DNA from: Bacteroidaceae bacterium
GTDB lineage: Bacteria > Bacteroidota > Bacteroidia > Bacteroidales > Bacteroidaceae
Assembly (NCBI GenBank): GCA_024695315.1
Contig: JAILIJ010000046.1
Location: forward strand, 1 to 39,192
DNA: 39,192 nucleotides
Direction: 5' to 3'
The position numbers and the translations under genes were made by a program. The notes beneath the pieces are model-generated. The model made no database searches. It saw only the letters and a program-made list of their open reading frames with translations, and had not been told where the DNA came from. Of the stretch, positions 26,978 through 35,935 are shown piece by piece (within the stretch, counting starts at the first letter, position 1; each line of letters starts with the position of its first letter).

Positions 26978-29401
26978 ATGAACAGACTATACAGACACTT
27001 ATATGTAGCATTGGCAGCATCTTTTGTTGCTAGTGCTACTAATGTTTTTGCACAAAGCACTTTATTACACTACAATCGGCCAGCAGAGTATTTTGAAGAA
27101 GCCCTGCCTATTGGAAACGGTAATCTTGGAGCTATGGTTTATGGCGGAATTGGCGAGGAAAAGATTTCTCTCAACGATATTACTTTATGGACTGGCGAAC
27201 CAGATTTGAAGGTGTATTCACCTAATGCTTACAAGTATATTCCTCAAATAAGAAAAGCTTTGGAAAATGAGGATTATAAGCTGGCTGACGAATTACAGAA
27301 AAAGGTGCAAGGTCACTATTCTGAAAGTTATCAGCCACTTGGCACGTTGACTATGGAATATGCTAATCCGATGGTAGCTATGTGTGATAGAGACAAATCG
27401 TCGTATAAAAAGTTTGGCTATCAGCGCTCATTGGATATTTCTTCTGCTGTGGCTGACGTGAAATATAATGTTGACGGTTCAACATCCATACGTTATTTTG
27501 CTTCAGCCCCTGATTCTGTTATCGTAATGCATATTCAGGCTAATGGAGACGGTAAATTGGATGTAGGACGCGTGTTCTCATATCATTGCCAACTGCCGCA
27601 TACCATAAAGGTTGAGGGAAATGAAATGATTATCGACGGATATGCTGCCTACCATAATATGCCAGGTTATACCGATGCGGGCGAGAAGCATTCATACGAC
27701 TCAAATCGAGGCATACATTTCCGGACTATCATCCACGTAAAGAATAACGATGGAAAGGTTTATGCAAAAAATAACGATCAGCTGGTACTTGAAGGCTGTT
27801 CAGAAGCCACAATTCTGATTTCTAACGTGACAAGCTTCAACGGAAACGATAAGGACCCAGTTAAGGAAGGACGAAACTATAAGAAACTTGTTAGGGCTCG
27901 TATTGATGATGCTAAGGCTAAGTCTTACGATGATTTGTTGGCACGTCATACAGCCGATTATAAGCCGCTATTCTCTCGTTTTACTATTGACTTTGGCTCT
28001 ACGGATGAGGCTATCTCACAGATGCCAACAGACGAACAGTTGCTAAAGTTTACTACGGAGAATCAGAAGAATCCTGATTTGGAAGAATTGTATGTACAAT
28101 ACGGAAGATACCTTCTCATTTCTTCTTCGAGAACAGAAGGCGTACCTGCCAATTTGCAAGGTCTATGGAATGAAAGCATTTTGCCACCTTGGTCATGTAA
28201 CTATACTTCAAACATCAACTTGGAGGAAAACTATTGGCCTTCTTTGATATGTAACCTTCCTGAGATGAATTATTCGTTGATAGGTTTCATAAAGAAATTG
28301 CCGGTAACAGGTGAACAGACGGCTAAGGCGTACTATGGAGTGCAGGAGGGATGGTGTTTGGCACATAATACGGACATCTGGGGCATGACGTGTCCTGTGG
28401 GACAGAATGGTGGTGACCCTTCGTGGGCTAACTGGAATATGGGCGGAGCCTGGGTTAGCACTCATCTTTGGGAACATTATCTATTTACTCAGGATAAGGC
28501 ATATTTGCGCGAGGTGTATCCTACACTAAAGGGAGCTGCAGACTTCTGTATGGGATGGCTCATCGAGAAGGATGGAAAATTACTTACTTCGCCTGCTACG
28601 TCTCCTGAGAATATTTATGTGACAGATAAGGGATATCATGGACGCTCATTATACGGCGGATTTGCTGACATAGCCATGATTAAGGAATGTCTGCTCGATA
28701 CACGCGATGCGGCCATAGTTTTAGGAGAAGATAAGGATTATATCAAAAAGCTAAATGCAACGATAGAGCGACTTTTACCTTATCGTATAGGTAAGAATGG
28801 AAATTTGCAGGAATGGTTTCATGACTGGGACGATGAGGACCCACGCCATCGCCATCAGTCTCATCTCTTCGGACTATTCCCAGGTCATCATATCTCGGTT
28901 AAAGAGACGCCTGCGCTTGCCGAAGCATGTAAGCGTACTCTTGAAATAAAGGGGGATAGGACTACGGGGTGGAGTACCGGATGGCGTGTCAATCTTCAAG
29001 CACGTCTTCACGAAGGTGAGGCTGCTTATAAGATGTATCGCACCCTCTTATCCTTTGTTCATCCTGATGGCTATCAAGGTGAAGGTAAACGCACTGGTGG
29101 TGGAACATATCCAAACCTTTTTGATGCTCACAGTCCATTCCAGATTGATGGAAATTTTGGCGGCACAGCTGGTGTGACGGAAATGCTTATCCAGTCAAGT
29201 GTTGACACAAAAGGTGTGACGACCATCGAGCTTCTTCCTGCACTTCCTGAGGCATGGAAAGCTCAGGGTAGCATTAGCGGAGTACGCGTACGTGGTGGAT
29301 ATGAGGTATCTTTTTCTTGGAAGAATGGCAAGGTTACAGATTATAAAGTGGTACCAGTCAATCGAAAGAAGGGGAAGATAAAAGTAATTAAGAATTCATA
29401 A
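26978..29401 (+). CDS. glycoside hydrolase family 95 (alpha-L-fucosidase / alpha-L-galactosidase type)
   Basis: Signal peptide, GH95 N-terminus (EEALPIGNGNLGAMVYGG...ISLNDITLWTG), NLQGLWN and NINLEENYWP catalytic-region motifs. Size is 807 aa. Confidence 0.88.
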   Translation: MNRLYRHLYVALAASFVASATNVFAQSTLLHYNRPAEYFEEALPIGNGNLGAMVYGGIGEEKISLNDITLWTGEPDLKVYSPNAYKYIPQIRKALENEDYKLADELQKKVQGHYSESYQPLGTLTMEYANPMVAMCDRDKSSYKKFGYQRSLDISSAVADVKYNVDGSTSIRYFASAPDSVIVMHIQANGDGKLDVGRVFSYHCQLPHTIKVEGNEMIIDGYAAYHNMPGYTDAGEKHSYDSNRGIHFRTIIHVKNNDGKVYAKNNDQLVLEGCSEATILISNVTSFNGNDKDPVKEGRNYKKLVRARIDDAKAKSYDDLLARHTADYKPLFSRFTIDFGSTDEAISQMPTDEQLLKFTTENQKNPDLEELYVQYGRYLLISSSRTEGVPANLQGLWNESILPPWSCNYTSNINLEENYWPSLICNLPEMNYSLIGFIKKLPVTGEQTAKAYYGVQEGWCLAHNTDIWGMTCPVGQNGGDPSWANWNMGGAWVSTHLWEHYLFTQDKAYLREVYPTLKGAADFCMGWLIEKDGKLLTSPATSPENIYVTDKGYHGRSLYGGFADIAMIKECLLDTRDAAIVLGEDKDYIKKLNATIERLLPYRIGKNGNLQEWFHDWDDEDPRHRHQSHLFGLFPGHHISVKETPALAEACKRTLEIKGDRTTGWSTGWRVNLQARLHEGEAAYKMYRTLLSFVHPDGYQGEGKRTGGGTYPNLFDAHSPFQIDGNFGGTAGVTEMLIQSSVDTKGVTTIELLPALPEAWKAQGSISGVRVRGGYEVSFSWKNGKVTDYKVVPVNRKKGKIKVIKNS

Positions 29402-29423
29402 CATATCACAATCTATATGTTTA

Positions 29424-29535
29424 GGCTGTGTTTGAGCAATGCTTGAATGGTGCTCAAGCACAGCTTAAATAAGTTCAATCGTTTAATGTTTGTTTAACGG
29501 CCATTAAATGTTCGTTTAATGGATGTTAAATGTTT
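29424..29535. repeat. ~11-bp phased TTGA/TCAA/TTAA word array (10 units)
   Basis: Word cores start at 29432, 29443, 29454, 29465, 29475 and at 29483, 29494, 29504, 29516, 29526. Nested inverted repeats: CTGTGTTTGAGC/GCTCAAGCACAG (11 of 12, with the mismatch a G.U on the plus strand), TGCTTGA/TCAAGCA, CCATTAAA/TTTAATGG. Confidence 0.75.
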
Positions 29536-29650
29536 TACTTATATGATTTTTGAAATGGTAAAAATGGTATTATAAAAGGTCAGAATTTTGTTTTTGATTA
29601 GTGGGCAAGTGAATAGGGGGAGCGTAATGAGTGACTAAATGAACAGGAAT

Positions 29651-29986
29651 TTATTTTTGTGCTTCGCTGATGAGCCAGCGTATATAGTCCTCAGAAACGT
29701 TGTCAATTTCGTTTTTGTCATAGATGGTAAGTAGCGTGATTTGAGCATCGTCACTTACCAAGATATTTAGCGTCAGTACGCGAGCACCTCCGCTTTTACC
29801 TTTTCCCTTAGAGGCAATAGACATGCGAATCTTACGTACACCACTACCAAGATCTGTACCTTGAAAAGGATTTTCTTTTAATTCCCTTTGCAGGTTTTCT
29901 AGGTCGTCAGTCAGAGAACGATATTTCTTCTTTAGTTGTCTGAACTGACGTTTGAACTCGTCGTGTACATGTAGCGTTACGTTCAT
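29651..29986 (-). CDS. type II toxin, RelE/HigB (Gp49-like) superfamily
   Basis: 111 aa. VRKIRMSIASKGKGKSGGARVLT resembles the K.R....GKSGG.R motif of RelE/HigB-like toxins. It has a 4-nt ATGA overlap with the upstream small gene. Confidence 0.65.
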   Translation of the reverse strand: MNVTLHVHDEFKRQFRQLKKKYRSLTDDLENLQRELKENPFQGTDLGSGVRKIRMSIASKGKGKSGGARVLTLNILVSDDAQITLLTIYDKNEIDNVSEDYIRWLISEAQK

Positions 29987-30237
29987 ACATTCTCCTCCAT
30001 TCTAAGTTCATAGATAAAATCATCAACTGTTTGTAACTTGCGTCCTTCTTTTTTTGCGCGTTTCACTTCGTCGAGAGCACGAGTTAGCGTTTCTTTCACG
30101 TAGGCTTTTTGGCGTTCAGTCTCAGCGTCGTCAACCTTTGACTCTAAGAGTTTGTTGGCAAGCCATTCGCGATCTTTCTTTTTTAGGGACAGACTATCAA
30201 TATACGTCCACAGATTTTCCAATGCTAATGCTGTCAT
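29983..30237 (-). CDS. putative cognate antitoxin (helical, no recognisable DNA-binding motif)
   Basis: 84 aa from the ATG at 30237 (MTALALENLW...), chosen because a -7 box lies at 30267-30274. The ORF is open to 30288. It is charged and helical, and coupled to the toxin gene. Confidence 0.5.
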   Translation of the reverse strand: MTALALENLWTYIDSLSLKKKDREWLANKLLESKVDDAETERQKAYVKETLTRALDEVKRAKKEGRKLQTVDDFIYELRMEENV

Positions 30238-30266
30238 AATCTTATAATTTGATTGTTTTATATCTG

Positions 30267-30274
30267 CAAAGATA
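30267..30274 (-). promoter_or_regulatory. -7 box (TATCTTTG) for the toxin-antitoxin pair
   Basis: The reverse complement of CAAAGATA matches TAnnTTTG, 30 nt upstream of the ATG at 30237. Confidence 0.55.
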
Positions 30275-30392
30275 AATTGTAATCTCAAGAAAACAAAATA
30301 TATGTTTAACTTTTTTGAAATCAGAAAATAATTATGGCTATGCTATTGGACTTTTAGTTTTTGTCTTATAGGCATATTTTAAGATGGATAAG

Positions 30393-30526
30393 TTGTCAAT
30401 TTGTAAGTTCTCCTTCGGACGCCACTTTCCTTTTGATAATTGACATTTCACGAAAAAGTTACGAAGGTAATACGAAGGAGAATAAAAGGTAATACGAAGC
30501 GTCTCGGAGTAACATTTTGTCAATTT
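30393..30526 (+). repeat. TACGAAGG-word element (family shared with 16293-16525)
   Basis: gtTACGAAGGtaaTACGAAGGagaATAAAAGGtaaTACGAAGCgtcTCGGAG, with CGAA at 30462, 30473 and 30495 (11-nt grid). TTCTCCTTCG (30408-30417) is the reverse complement of CGAAGGAGAA (30473-30482). TGTCAATT occurs at 30394 and 30518, with an inverted AATTGACA at 30438. Confidence 0.75.
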
Positions 30527-30731
30527 CAATATTCGAAATTATGGCGTGATATGTATGAAATGGTAATCTAAGAGAAATGAAATGCTCATATTGCTTATTC
30601 TTATTATTTCTTCCTGTTTTGTGCCGTTATTGTGTTAAATAGCTGAGTTTTTGCTATGTTTATGGGGAAAATTCAACAAAAGTATCGTGTGTAATCAACA
30701 ATTATATTGTCCCTGAGAGAGTAAATGACCG

Positions 30732-30739
30732 TATATTTG
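30732..30739 (+). promoter_or_regulatory. -7 box (TATATTTG) for GH31
   Basis: TAnnTTTG match 33 nt upstream of the ATG at 30772. Confidence 0.6.
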
Positions 30740-30771
30740 CAGCAGAAAAATCATTAAAACCAAATACGTGT

Positions 30772-33141
30772 ATGAAAAGAAAAGCAATCCTTTTTTCTAT
30801 CCTTGCCCTTATGGTCAATTCTATATGGGCGCAGAAAGTGGAGTTCTTTACTCCAAGTATTGTCCGCATTATTAAGGACAACGGACAGCCTTTTGAAAGA
30901 AAGTCGGAAGTGATAACAGCAAAACCGCAGAAGGTGAAGATAAGTAAAAGTGTAGACGGAGATATTACCACCTACAGATCGTCAGCCTTGACCGTTACGG
31001 TAGAAAAGGGTAGGGTGACATTTGCTGATCGTAAGGGGAATGTCCTTTTGCGTGAGGGAGAATGTAAATTTACCCCTATTACCAGCGGCGTGGATAAGGG
31101 TGCATATAAGGTAAAACAAAGCTTTGCGCTTGATAAAGATGAACCGATTTATGGACTCGGATTGTTGCAAAACGGTAAAATGTCGCAGCGTGGTGAGCAT
31201 AGGCTGATGATGCAAAGTAATCTTGAAGATTATAGTAATGTTTTTCAGAGTATTAAAGGCTATGGCATCTATTGGGATAACTATTCGCCAACTCAAATAG
31301 ATGATAATGCTACACTTGAATTAGAGAGTCAGGTCGGAAAGGCCGTAGACTATTATTTTATGTATGGCGTAACGGCCGATGGAGTGATAGCTCAAATGCG
31401 TTATTTATCTGGCAAAGTTCCTATGTCTGCTTTGTGGACATACGGATTTCATCAAAGCCGCGAGCGCTATAAGAGTCAGAATGAGTTGCTTGACGTGGTC
31501 CGTAAATACAGAAAACTTAGGGTGCCATTTGACGGAATAATTCAAGATTGGCAATATTGGGGAAGCAATTACACTTGGAATGCCATGGAGTTCTTGAATG
31601 AAGATTTTGGACGTGCCCAGCAGATGATTGATGAGGTTCACCGTCAGAATGCCCACATGAGTATTTCTATATGGTCATCTTTCGGACCTGAAACCAAGGC
31701 TTTTAAGGAATTGAAGGATAAGGGATTACTCTTTAGTTTTAAGACATGGCCTGAGAGTGGACTTGGGTTCTGGCCTCCACGAATGGACTATCCAAGTGGG
31801 GTGCGTTGCTATGATGTATATAGTCTGGAGGCGCGTGACATTTATTGGAAGAACTTATCAAGGCTTCATAAGATGGGCATTGATGCATGGTGGATGGATT
31901 CTACGGATCCTGACCACATGAGTTTCAAGGATTCTGACCTCGATGAAACGTGTTCTGTGGGCAGCTATCGAAGCGTACGTAACATTTTCCCATTAAAGGC
32001 TGTAAGTGGCGTTTATGACCACCAAAGGGCGGTAGATTCTTCTAAGCGAGTATTTATTCTTACACGTAGCTATTTTGCGGGACAGCAGCGTACTGGAGCG
32101 CAGACTTGGAGCGGCGACATCGGTTCTTCTTGGGAAAACTTCCGTAAGCAGATTCCTATATGTCTCAATTATACTTTAACGGCAAATCCTAATGTGAATA
32201 CGGATATTGGTGGATTCTTTGCTGGCTCATATAATACTCAGGGCCACAATTCGGCAACTCGTAATCCTCAGTATCAGGAACTTTATGTTCGTTGGATGCA
32301 GTTTGGAGCTTTCACACCTATGATGCGAAGCCACGGAACGGACGTCTATCGTGAATTGTATTATTATGGAAAACAGGGTGAGCCGGTATATGATGCTCTC
32401 GTAAATGCCGTGAAGCTTCGATATAACTTCTTGCCTTATATATATAGTACGGCTTGGCAAGTCAGTAAGAATGACGATTCCTTTATGCGTGCTCTAATGA
32501 TGGATTTCAAGAGTGATAGGAATACTTGGGATAATAGCCGTGAGTTTATGTTTGGACGTAATATTCTTGTTTGTCCAGTACTTAGCCCTCTTTATACAAA
32601 GGAGAAGATTGTGAAAACTGACGAACTTAGTGGATGGAATAAGACGGAAAGTCAGGAGGCTAATGCGGGCTATCCTAATGTTAATTGGACGGAGGAGAAG
32701 CAATATGAGGTGTATCTGCCTGCGGGTACTCAATGGTTTGATTTCTGGACAGAGAAGAAGATTGAGGGTGGCCAAAATGTGATGGCTACTGTTCCTCTTG
32801 ACCATTCTCCTTTATATGTTAAGGCCGGAAGCATTATTCCTTTGGGACCGGATGTTCAGTATGCCAATGAGAATAAGTTTGATAATATAGATATTGTTGT
32901 CTACCCTGGAGCAAATGCTGAATTTATGCTTTATGAGGATGAGGGGGATAACTATAATTATGAGAAGGGACAATACTCTACTATTCTGCTCAAGTGGAAT
33001 GATAAGGCTAAGGTGCTTACGATAGGAAAGCGTAAAGGGTCATTTCAGGGTATGCTTGCTAGCCGTACTTTCAACGTGAAGGTTGTTGGCGGAAAGAATA
33101 CGACTGTCAAATATTCTGGAAAGAGTATTACGGTGAAGTAA
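30772..33141 (+). CDS. glycoside hydrolase family 31 (alpha-xylosidase / alpha-glucosidase type)
   Basis: Signal peptide, GIIQDWQYW, GIDAWWMDSTDPD (nucleophile region) and WSGDIGSSW motifs. Size is 789 aa. Confidence 0.88.
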   Translation: MKRKAILFSILALMVNSIWAQKVEFFTPSIVRIIKDNGQPFERKSEVITAKPQKVKISKSVDGDITTYRSSALTVTVEKGRVTFADRKGNVLLREGECKFTPITSGVDKGAYKVKQSFALDKDEPIYGLGLLQNGKMSQRGEHRLMMQSNLEDYSNVFQSIKGYGIYWDNYSPTQIDDNATLELESQVGKAVDYYFMYGVTADGVIAQMRYLSGKVPMSALWTYGFHQSRERYKSQNELLDVVRKYRKLRVPFDGIIQDWQYWGSNYTWNAMEFLNEDFGRAQQMIDEVHRQNAHMSISIWSSFGPETKAFKELKDKGLLFSFKTWPESGLGFWPPRMDYPSGVRCYDVYSLEARDIYWKNLSRLHKMGIDAWWMDSTDPDHMSFKDSDLDETCSVGSYRSVRNIFPLKAVSGVYDHQRAVDSSKRVFILTRSYFAGQQRTGAQTWSGDIGSSWENFRKQIPICLNYTLTANPNVNTDIGGFFAGSYNTQGHNSATRNPQYQELYVRWMQFGAFTPMMRSHGTDVYRELYYYGKQGEPVYDALVNAVKLRYNFLPYIYSTAWQVSKNDDSFMRALMMDFKSDRNTWDNSREFMFGRNILVCPVLSPLYTKEKIVKTDELSGWNKTESQEANAGYPNVNWTEEKQYEVYLPAGTQWFDFWTEKKIEGGQNVMATVPLDHSPLYVKAGSIIPLGPDVQYANENKFDNIDIVVYPGANAEFMLYEDEGDNYNYEKGQYSTILLKWNDKAKVLTIGKRKGSFQGMLASRTFNVKVVGGKNTTVKYSGKSITVK

Positions 33142-33183
33142 ATTATATGATTGAATGATTCAAATTATCTGACAAAATGAATT

Positions 33184-33215
33184 AGACGCTCGACACGAAA
33201 AAGTGTCGAGCGTCT
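33184..33215. terminator. hairpin between convergent GH31 and TonB_C genes
   Basis: Perfect 13-bp stem AGACGCTCGACAC / GTGTCGAGCGTCT with a 6-nt loop. The flanking T-runs are weak on both strands. Confidence 0.5.
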
Positions 33216-33332
33216 GTGTCTCAACTTCCCTATATTTGGGCGTGAATGTTGAAACCGAGTGGGTTAATTGTGTATTGTCGACAAGTAGAATCTTGTTTTT
33301 TTCGGTTGTTAATTGGCCAAAATGATAAGCTC

Positions 33333-34574
33333 TTATTCCAAAGCCATACGTAAGTTTTCTGGCAAAGGCGATAATTCCCAAATCTCGTTTTGTACCTTGG
33401 AATCTTCATCAACAGAAAAAGCCTTAAAAGTATTATCATCAAGCCATTCCATCTTTAACTCTTCTTTTGCAAATGGGAATATAAATCCATTTTGGGTGAA
33501 ATGTATAGGAGAATAGATTAATGTTGAACGTAGATTTTGAATGTCGGAAATAGTTATCATAAGTAGGACGTCCTTGTCGAAAATAAGATATTCATCATTT
33601 TTGCCTTCTTTTAGCATTTCCTTTCCTGCAACATTTATAACGTCTCCGACTTTATGCCATATTCCGACCAATTTGTTGTTCTTATCTCTTTTTACATCCT
33701 TTCTCATTAATGAAATGATACGTTCGACATTCTCAGGAATGTTTTCTTTTCCATACCATTCGGTTATGAATTGGTCCTTTGGAAAATACTTACCTTGCTC
33801 ACTATCGTTGTACCACTTGAACTTAAATCCTTTGTCGCCACAGTCGTAGATTCTTTCTCCGAGTCCATTTGCACCTTGTGGAGTGTCACCTGTATAGCGA
33901 AGAGCTTTACCTATGTCATCGCGCATAGACATAATTTGCACTTTATCCTTGCTACCTTTATTCACAAAAAGTAATGAGGCATTTTTACTTACATATTTGT
34001 ATTGCTCAAATATCGGTATTTGTGGCTCTTTCTCGTTGTCGTAGGAGATCATGCGCAGTTTATACAAACCTTCAGGATTTTCAGCCTTTGTTATGTTTTG
34101 TTCGAACAATTTGCGCACATTTTCTACTTCAGAATCGGATTCTCCTTCTGGCAAACGGAAACTTATAGGTAAGGCGTATTTTGTACATACAGGCTCTCCT
34201 TTAACATAGCCTGGTGTCCAATTTGGCATCATGCTGACCACTCTGATTGCTTCGTTGTCAAGAGAAGGGTGAGCTTTTTTTATAATTCTAGGAGAGATTA
34301 CTTTACCCGTTTTGTCAATAACAAATTGTATGATAACACGACCTTCAATTTTCTTTTCTTTACAGTCGCTTGGATATTTAAGATTTGATTTAAGAAAAGA
34401 CATGAGAGCATTAGTACCACCAGGATATTGAGGTTGAATATCTGGCATTGCAAAAGTGTCCTTTGAGGCTGTTTCCTCAGAATAAATGTTGTCTAATTCG
34501 TTGAATGCGTATAGACTACTAATAGTTGCGGTAGCTATTACAAATAGTACCATCATAATAATACCTTTCTTCAT
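33333..34574 (-). CDS. TonB C-terminal-domain protein with ~270-aa unknown C-terminal extension
   Basis: Signal anchor, then PQYPGGTNALMSFLKSNLKYPSDCKEKKIEGRVIIQFVIDKTGKV, which is TonB_C-like. The remaining residues have no recognisable motif. Confidence 0.65.
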   Translation of the reverse strand: MKKGIIMMVLFVIATATISSLYAFNELDNIYSEETASKDTFAMPDIQPQYPGGTNALMSFLKSNLKYPSDCKEKKIEGRVIIQFVIDKTGKVISPRIIKKAHPSLDNEAIRVVSMMPNWTPGYVKGEPVCTKYALPISFRLPEGESDSEVENVRKLFEQNITKAENPEGLYKLRMISYDNEKEPQIPIFEQYKYVSKNASLLFVNKGSKDKVQIMSMRDDIGKALRYTGDTPQGANGLGERIYDCGDKGFKFKWYNDSEQGKYFPKDQFITEWYGKENIPENVERIISLMRKDVKRDKNNKLVGIWHKVGDVINVAGKEMLKEGKNDEYLIFDKDVLLMITISDIQNLRSTLIYSPIHFTQNGFIFPFAKEELKMEWLDDNTFKAFSVDEDSKVQNEIWELSPLPENLRMALE

Positions 34575-34604
34575 AATTCTTTTTTTTACTGGTTAGTAAT
34601 AATG

Positions 34605-35312
34605 TTAATTTTGGGTTATGGTTATTTCGCTTATATAATACGAATTGTCATCACATATAGAACAATAATAGATGAAATCTGAGTCTTGATAATCCGAAGT
34701 GTAATATTCGTCTATAATATTTGACTCTTCATCTGCCACCTCTTGTTCTTCTGTATATGAGCATATAAATTCCTCGCCCTCCATGTCGTAGATTGCTACT
34801 TTGGAATCGACGGAGCTATCGGTTTGGGCTATTAGTTTATTTGACTCATTTTGTACAGTATGTTCTTTTTGAATAGCTTTGGCTTGTGACTCGCTATTTG
34901 TTGGACGGTTGAGTGCAGCCGTATTTTTTGTTTCTTCAACTTTATCTGATTTTTTTATCTCAAGATTGTTTGGAACTACCTCTACTTTAGTATTTTCAAT
35001 CTTTGCTATAGTAGGATGTCCGGTAGAGACGTCCTCTTTGGTTGGAAAGAAAAACAATAGAGCGATAACGGCACATGCTGCAGCTATTGCGCCATAGCTC
35101 CAAATAGGAATAGTCTTCTGTTTAGGTTTCTCTTTTACCAAATTACTCTTGTCTGCAATAGCGGCATATTCCCTAAACATCTTGGCGTAAGGTAGTAATT
35201 CCTCGGGAATGTCGTTTCCCTTGAAATATTCATAAAGCAGGTGTTCCTCTTCAAGAGTAGTATCTGCCTCAAGATAACGCTCAATAAGTTTTTGTATGTT
35301 TTGCTTCTTCAT
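34605..35312 (-). CDS. putative anti-sigma factor (single-pass membrane protein)
   Basis: 235 aa, short cytoplasmic helical N-domain, one TM (IWSYGAIAAACAVIALLFFF). It overlaps the ECF sigma gene by 32 nt. Confidence 0.5.
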   Translation of the reverse strand: MKKQNIQKLIERYLEADTTLEEEHLLYEYFKGNDIPEELLPYAKMFREYAAIADKSNLVKEKPKQKTIPIWSYGAIAAACAVIALLFFFPTKEDVSTGHPTIAKIENTKVEVVPNNLEIKKSDKVEETKNTAALNRPTNSESQAKAIQKEHTVQNESNKLIAQTDSSVDSKVAIYDMEGEEFICSYTEEQEVADEESNIIDEYYTSDYQDSDFIYYCSICDDNSYYISEITITQN

Positions 35313-35778
35313 CCTTATATCCTTTTAATACAGCCATTCTGGCTCTACTGAGCGATTTCCTGACTGCCTGTTCTGTTGTTCCTATAAGAGTGGCAATGTC
35401 TGCCATCTCCATATTTTGCATCAATCTCATTTTAAGAACCGTTTGTTGCATAGTTGGTAAATTGTCAATCAACTTTAGAATATGCCCAACCTTTTCAGCA
35501 TCATTATCCTCTATGGTGTCATCGCTAATGTCTATTTCATTTATGCTTATATGAGGACAGGTTCTTGTTACTATATTTAGGCATTGGTTACGAACCATTA
35601 TCGACGCAAGTGCTTCGGGCTTTTCTATTGTCCGCTCTTGCTGTATTTGCCATAGTTTCAGGAGTGTGTCCTGAACCACATCTTCGGCTTCAGCACTATC
35701 TCTCACAATCCGTTGAGCGATAGCTATGAGCTTAGGACGTATCCGTTTGGCTAATATTTTGAAAGATTCTGTTTCCAA
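35281..35778 (-). CDS. ECF-type RNA polymerase sigma-70 factor
   Basis: 165 aa with region 2 (AEDVVQDTLLKLW) and region 4 (MEMADIATLIGTTEQAVRKSLSRAR). It has a TTG start, because an in-frame TAG lies immediately upstream. Confidence 0.82.
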   Translation of the reverse strand: METESFKILAKRIRPKLIAIAQRIVRDSAEAEDVVQDTLLKLWQIQQERTIEKPEALASIMVRNQCLNIVTRTCPHISINEIDISDDTIEDNDAEKVGHILKLIDNLPTMQQTVLKMRLMQNMEMADIATLIGTTEQAVRKSLSRARMAVLKGYKDEEAKHTKTY

Positions 35779-35810
35779 TGTATTATTTTTTTGTTTCTAT
35801 AGGGATAACA

Positions 35811-35818
35811 CAAAGATA
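35811..35818 (-). promoter_or_regulatory. -7 box (TATCTTTG) for the ECF sigma operon
   Basis: The reverse complement of CAAAGATA matches TAnnTTTG, 33 nt upstream of the TTG start. Confidence 0.55.
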
Positions 35819-35902
35819 TGTTTTTTGTGACATTCAATATTTATTTTTTTATGTCTTATTATGTAAAAGTGTAAAAATAGTGTTCAAACACCGTTTTGAG
35901 CG

Positions 35903-35935
35903 GTGTTTGAGCAGTGTTTGAGCAGTGTTTGAGCA
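35903..35935 (+). repeat. three perfect tandem copies of GTGTTTGAGCA
   Basis: Copies at 35903-35913, 35914-35924 and 35925-35935, preceded by the 9-bp hairpin CAAACACCG-TTTTGAG-CGGTGTTTG (35885-35909). Confidence 0.9.

Noticed and set aside
30702-30971. 89-aa minus-strand ORF overlapping the GH31 start
   Set aside because: It overlaps the GH31 signal-peptide region and promoter on the opposite strand and has no supporting signals.
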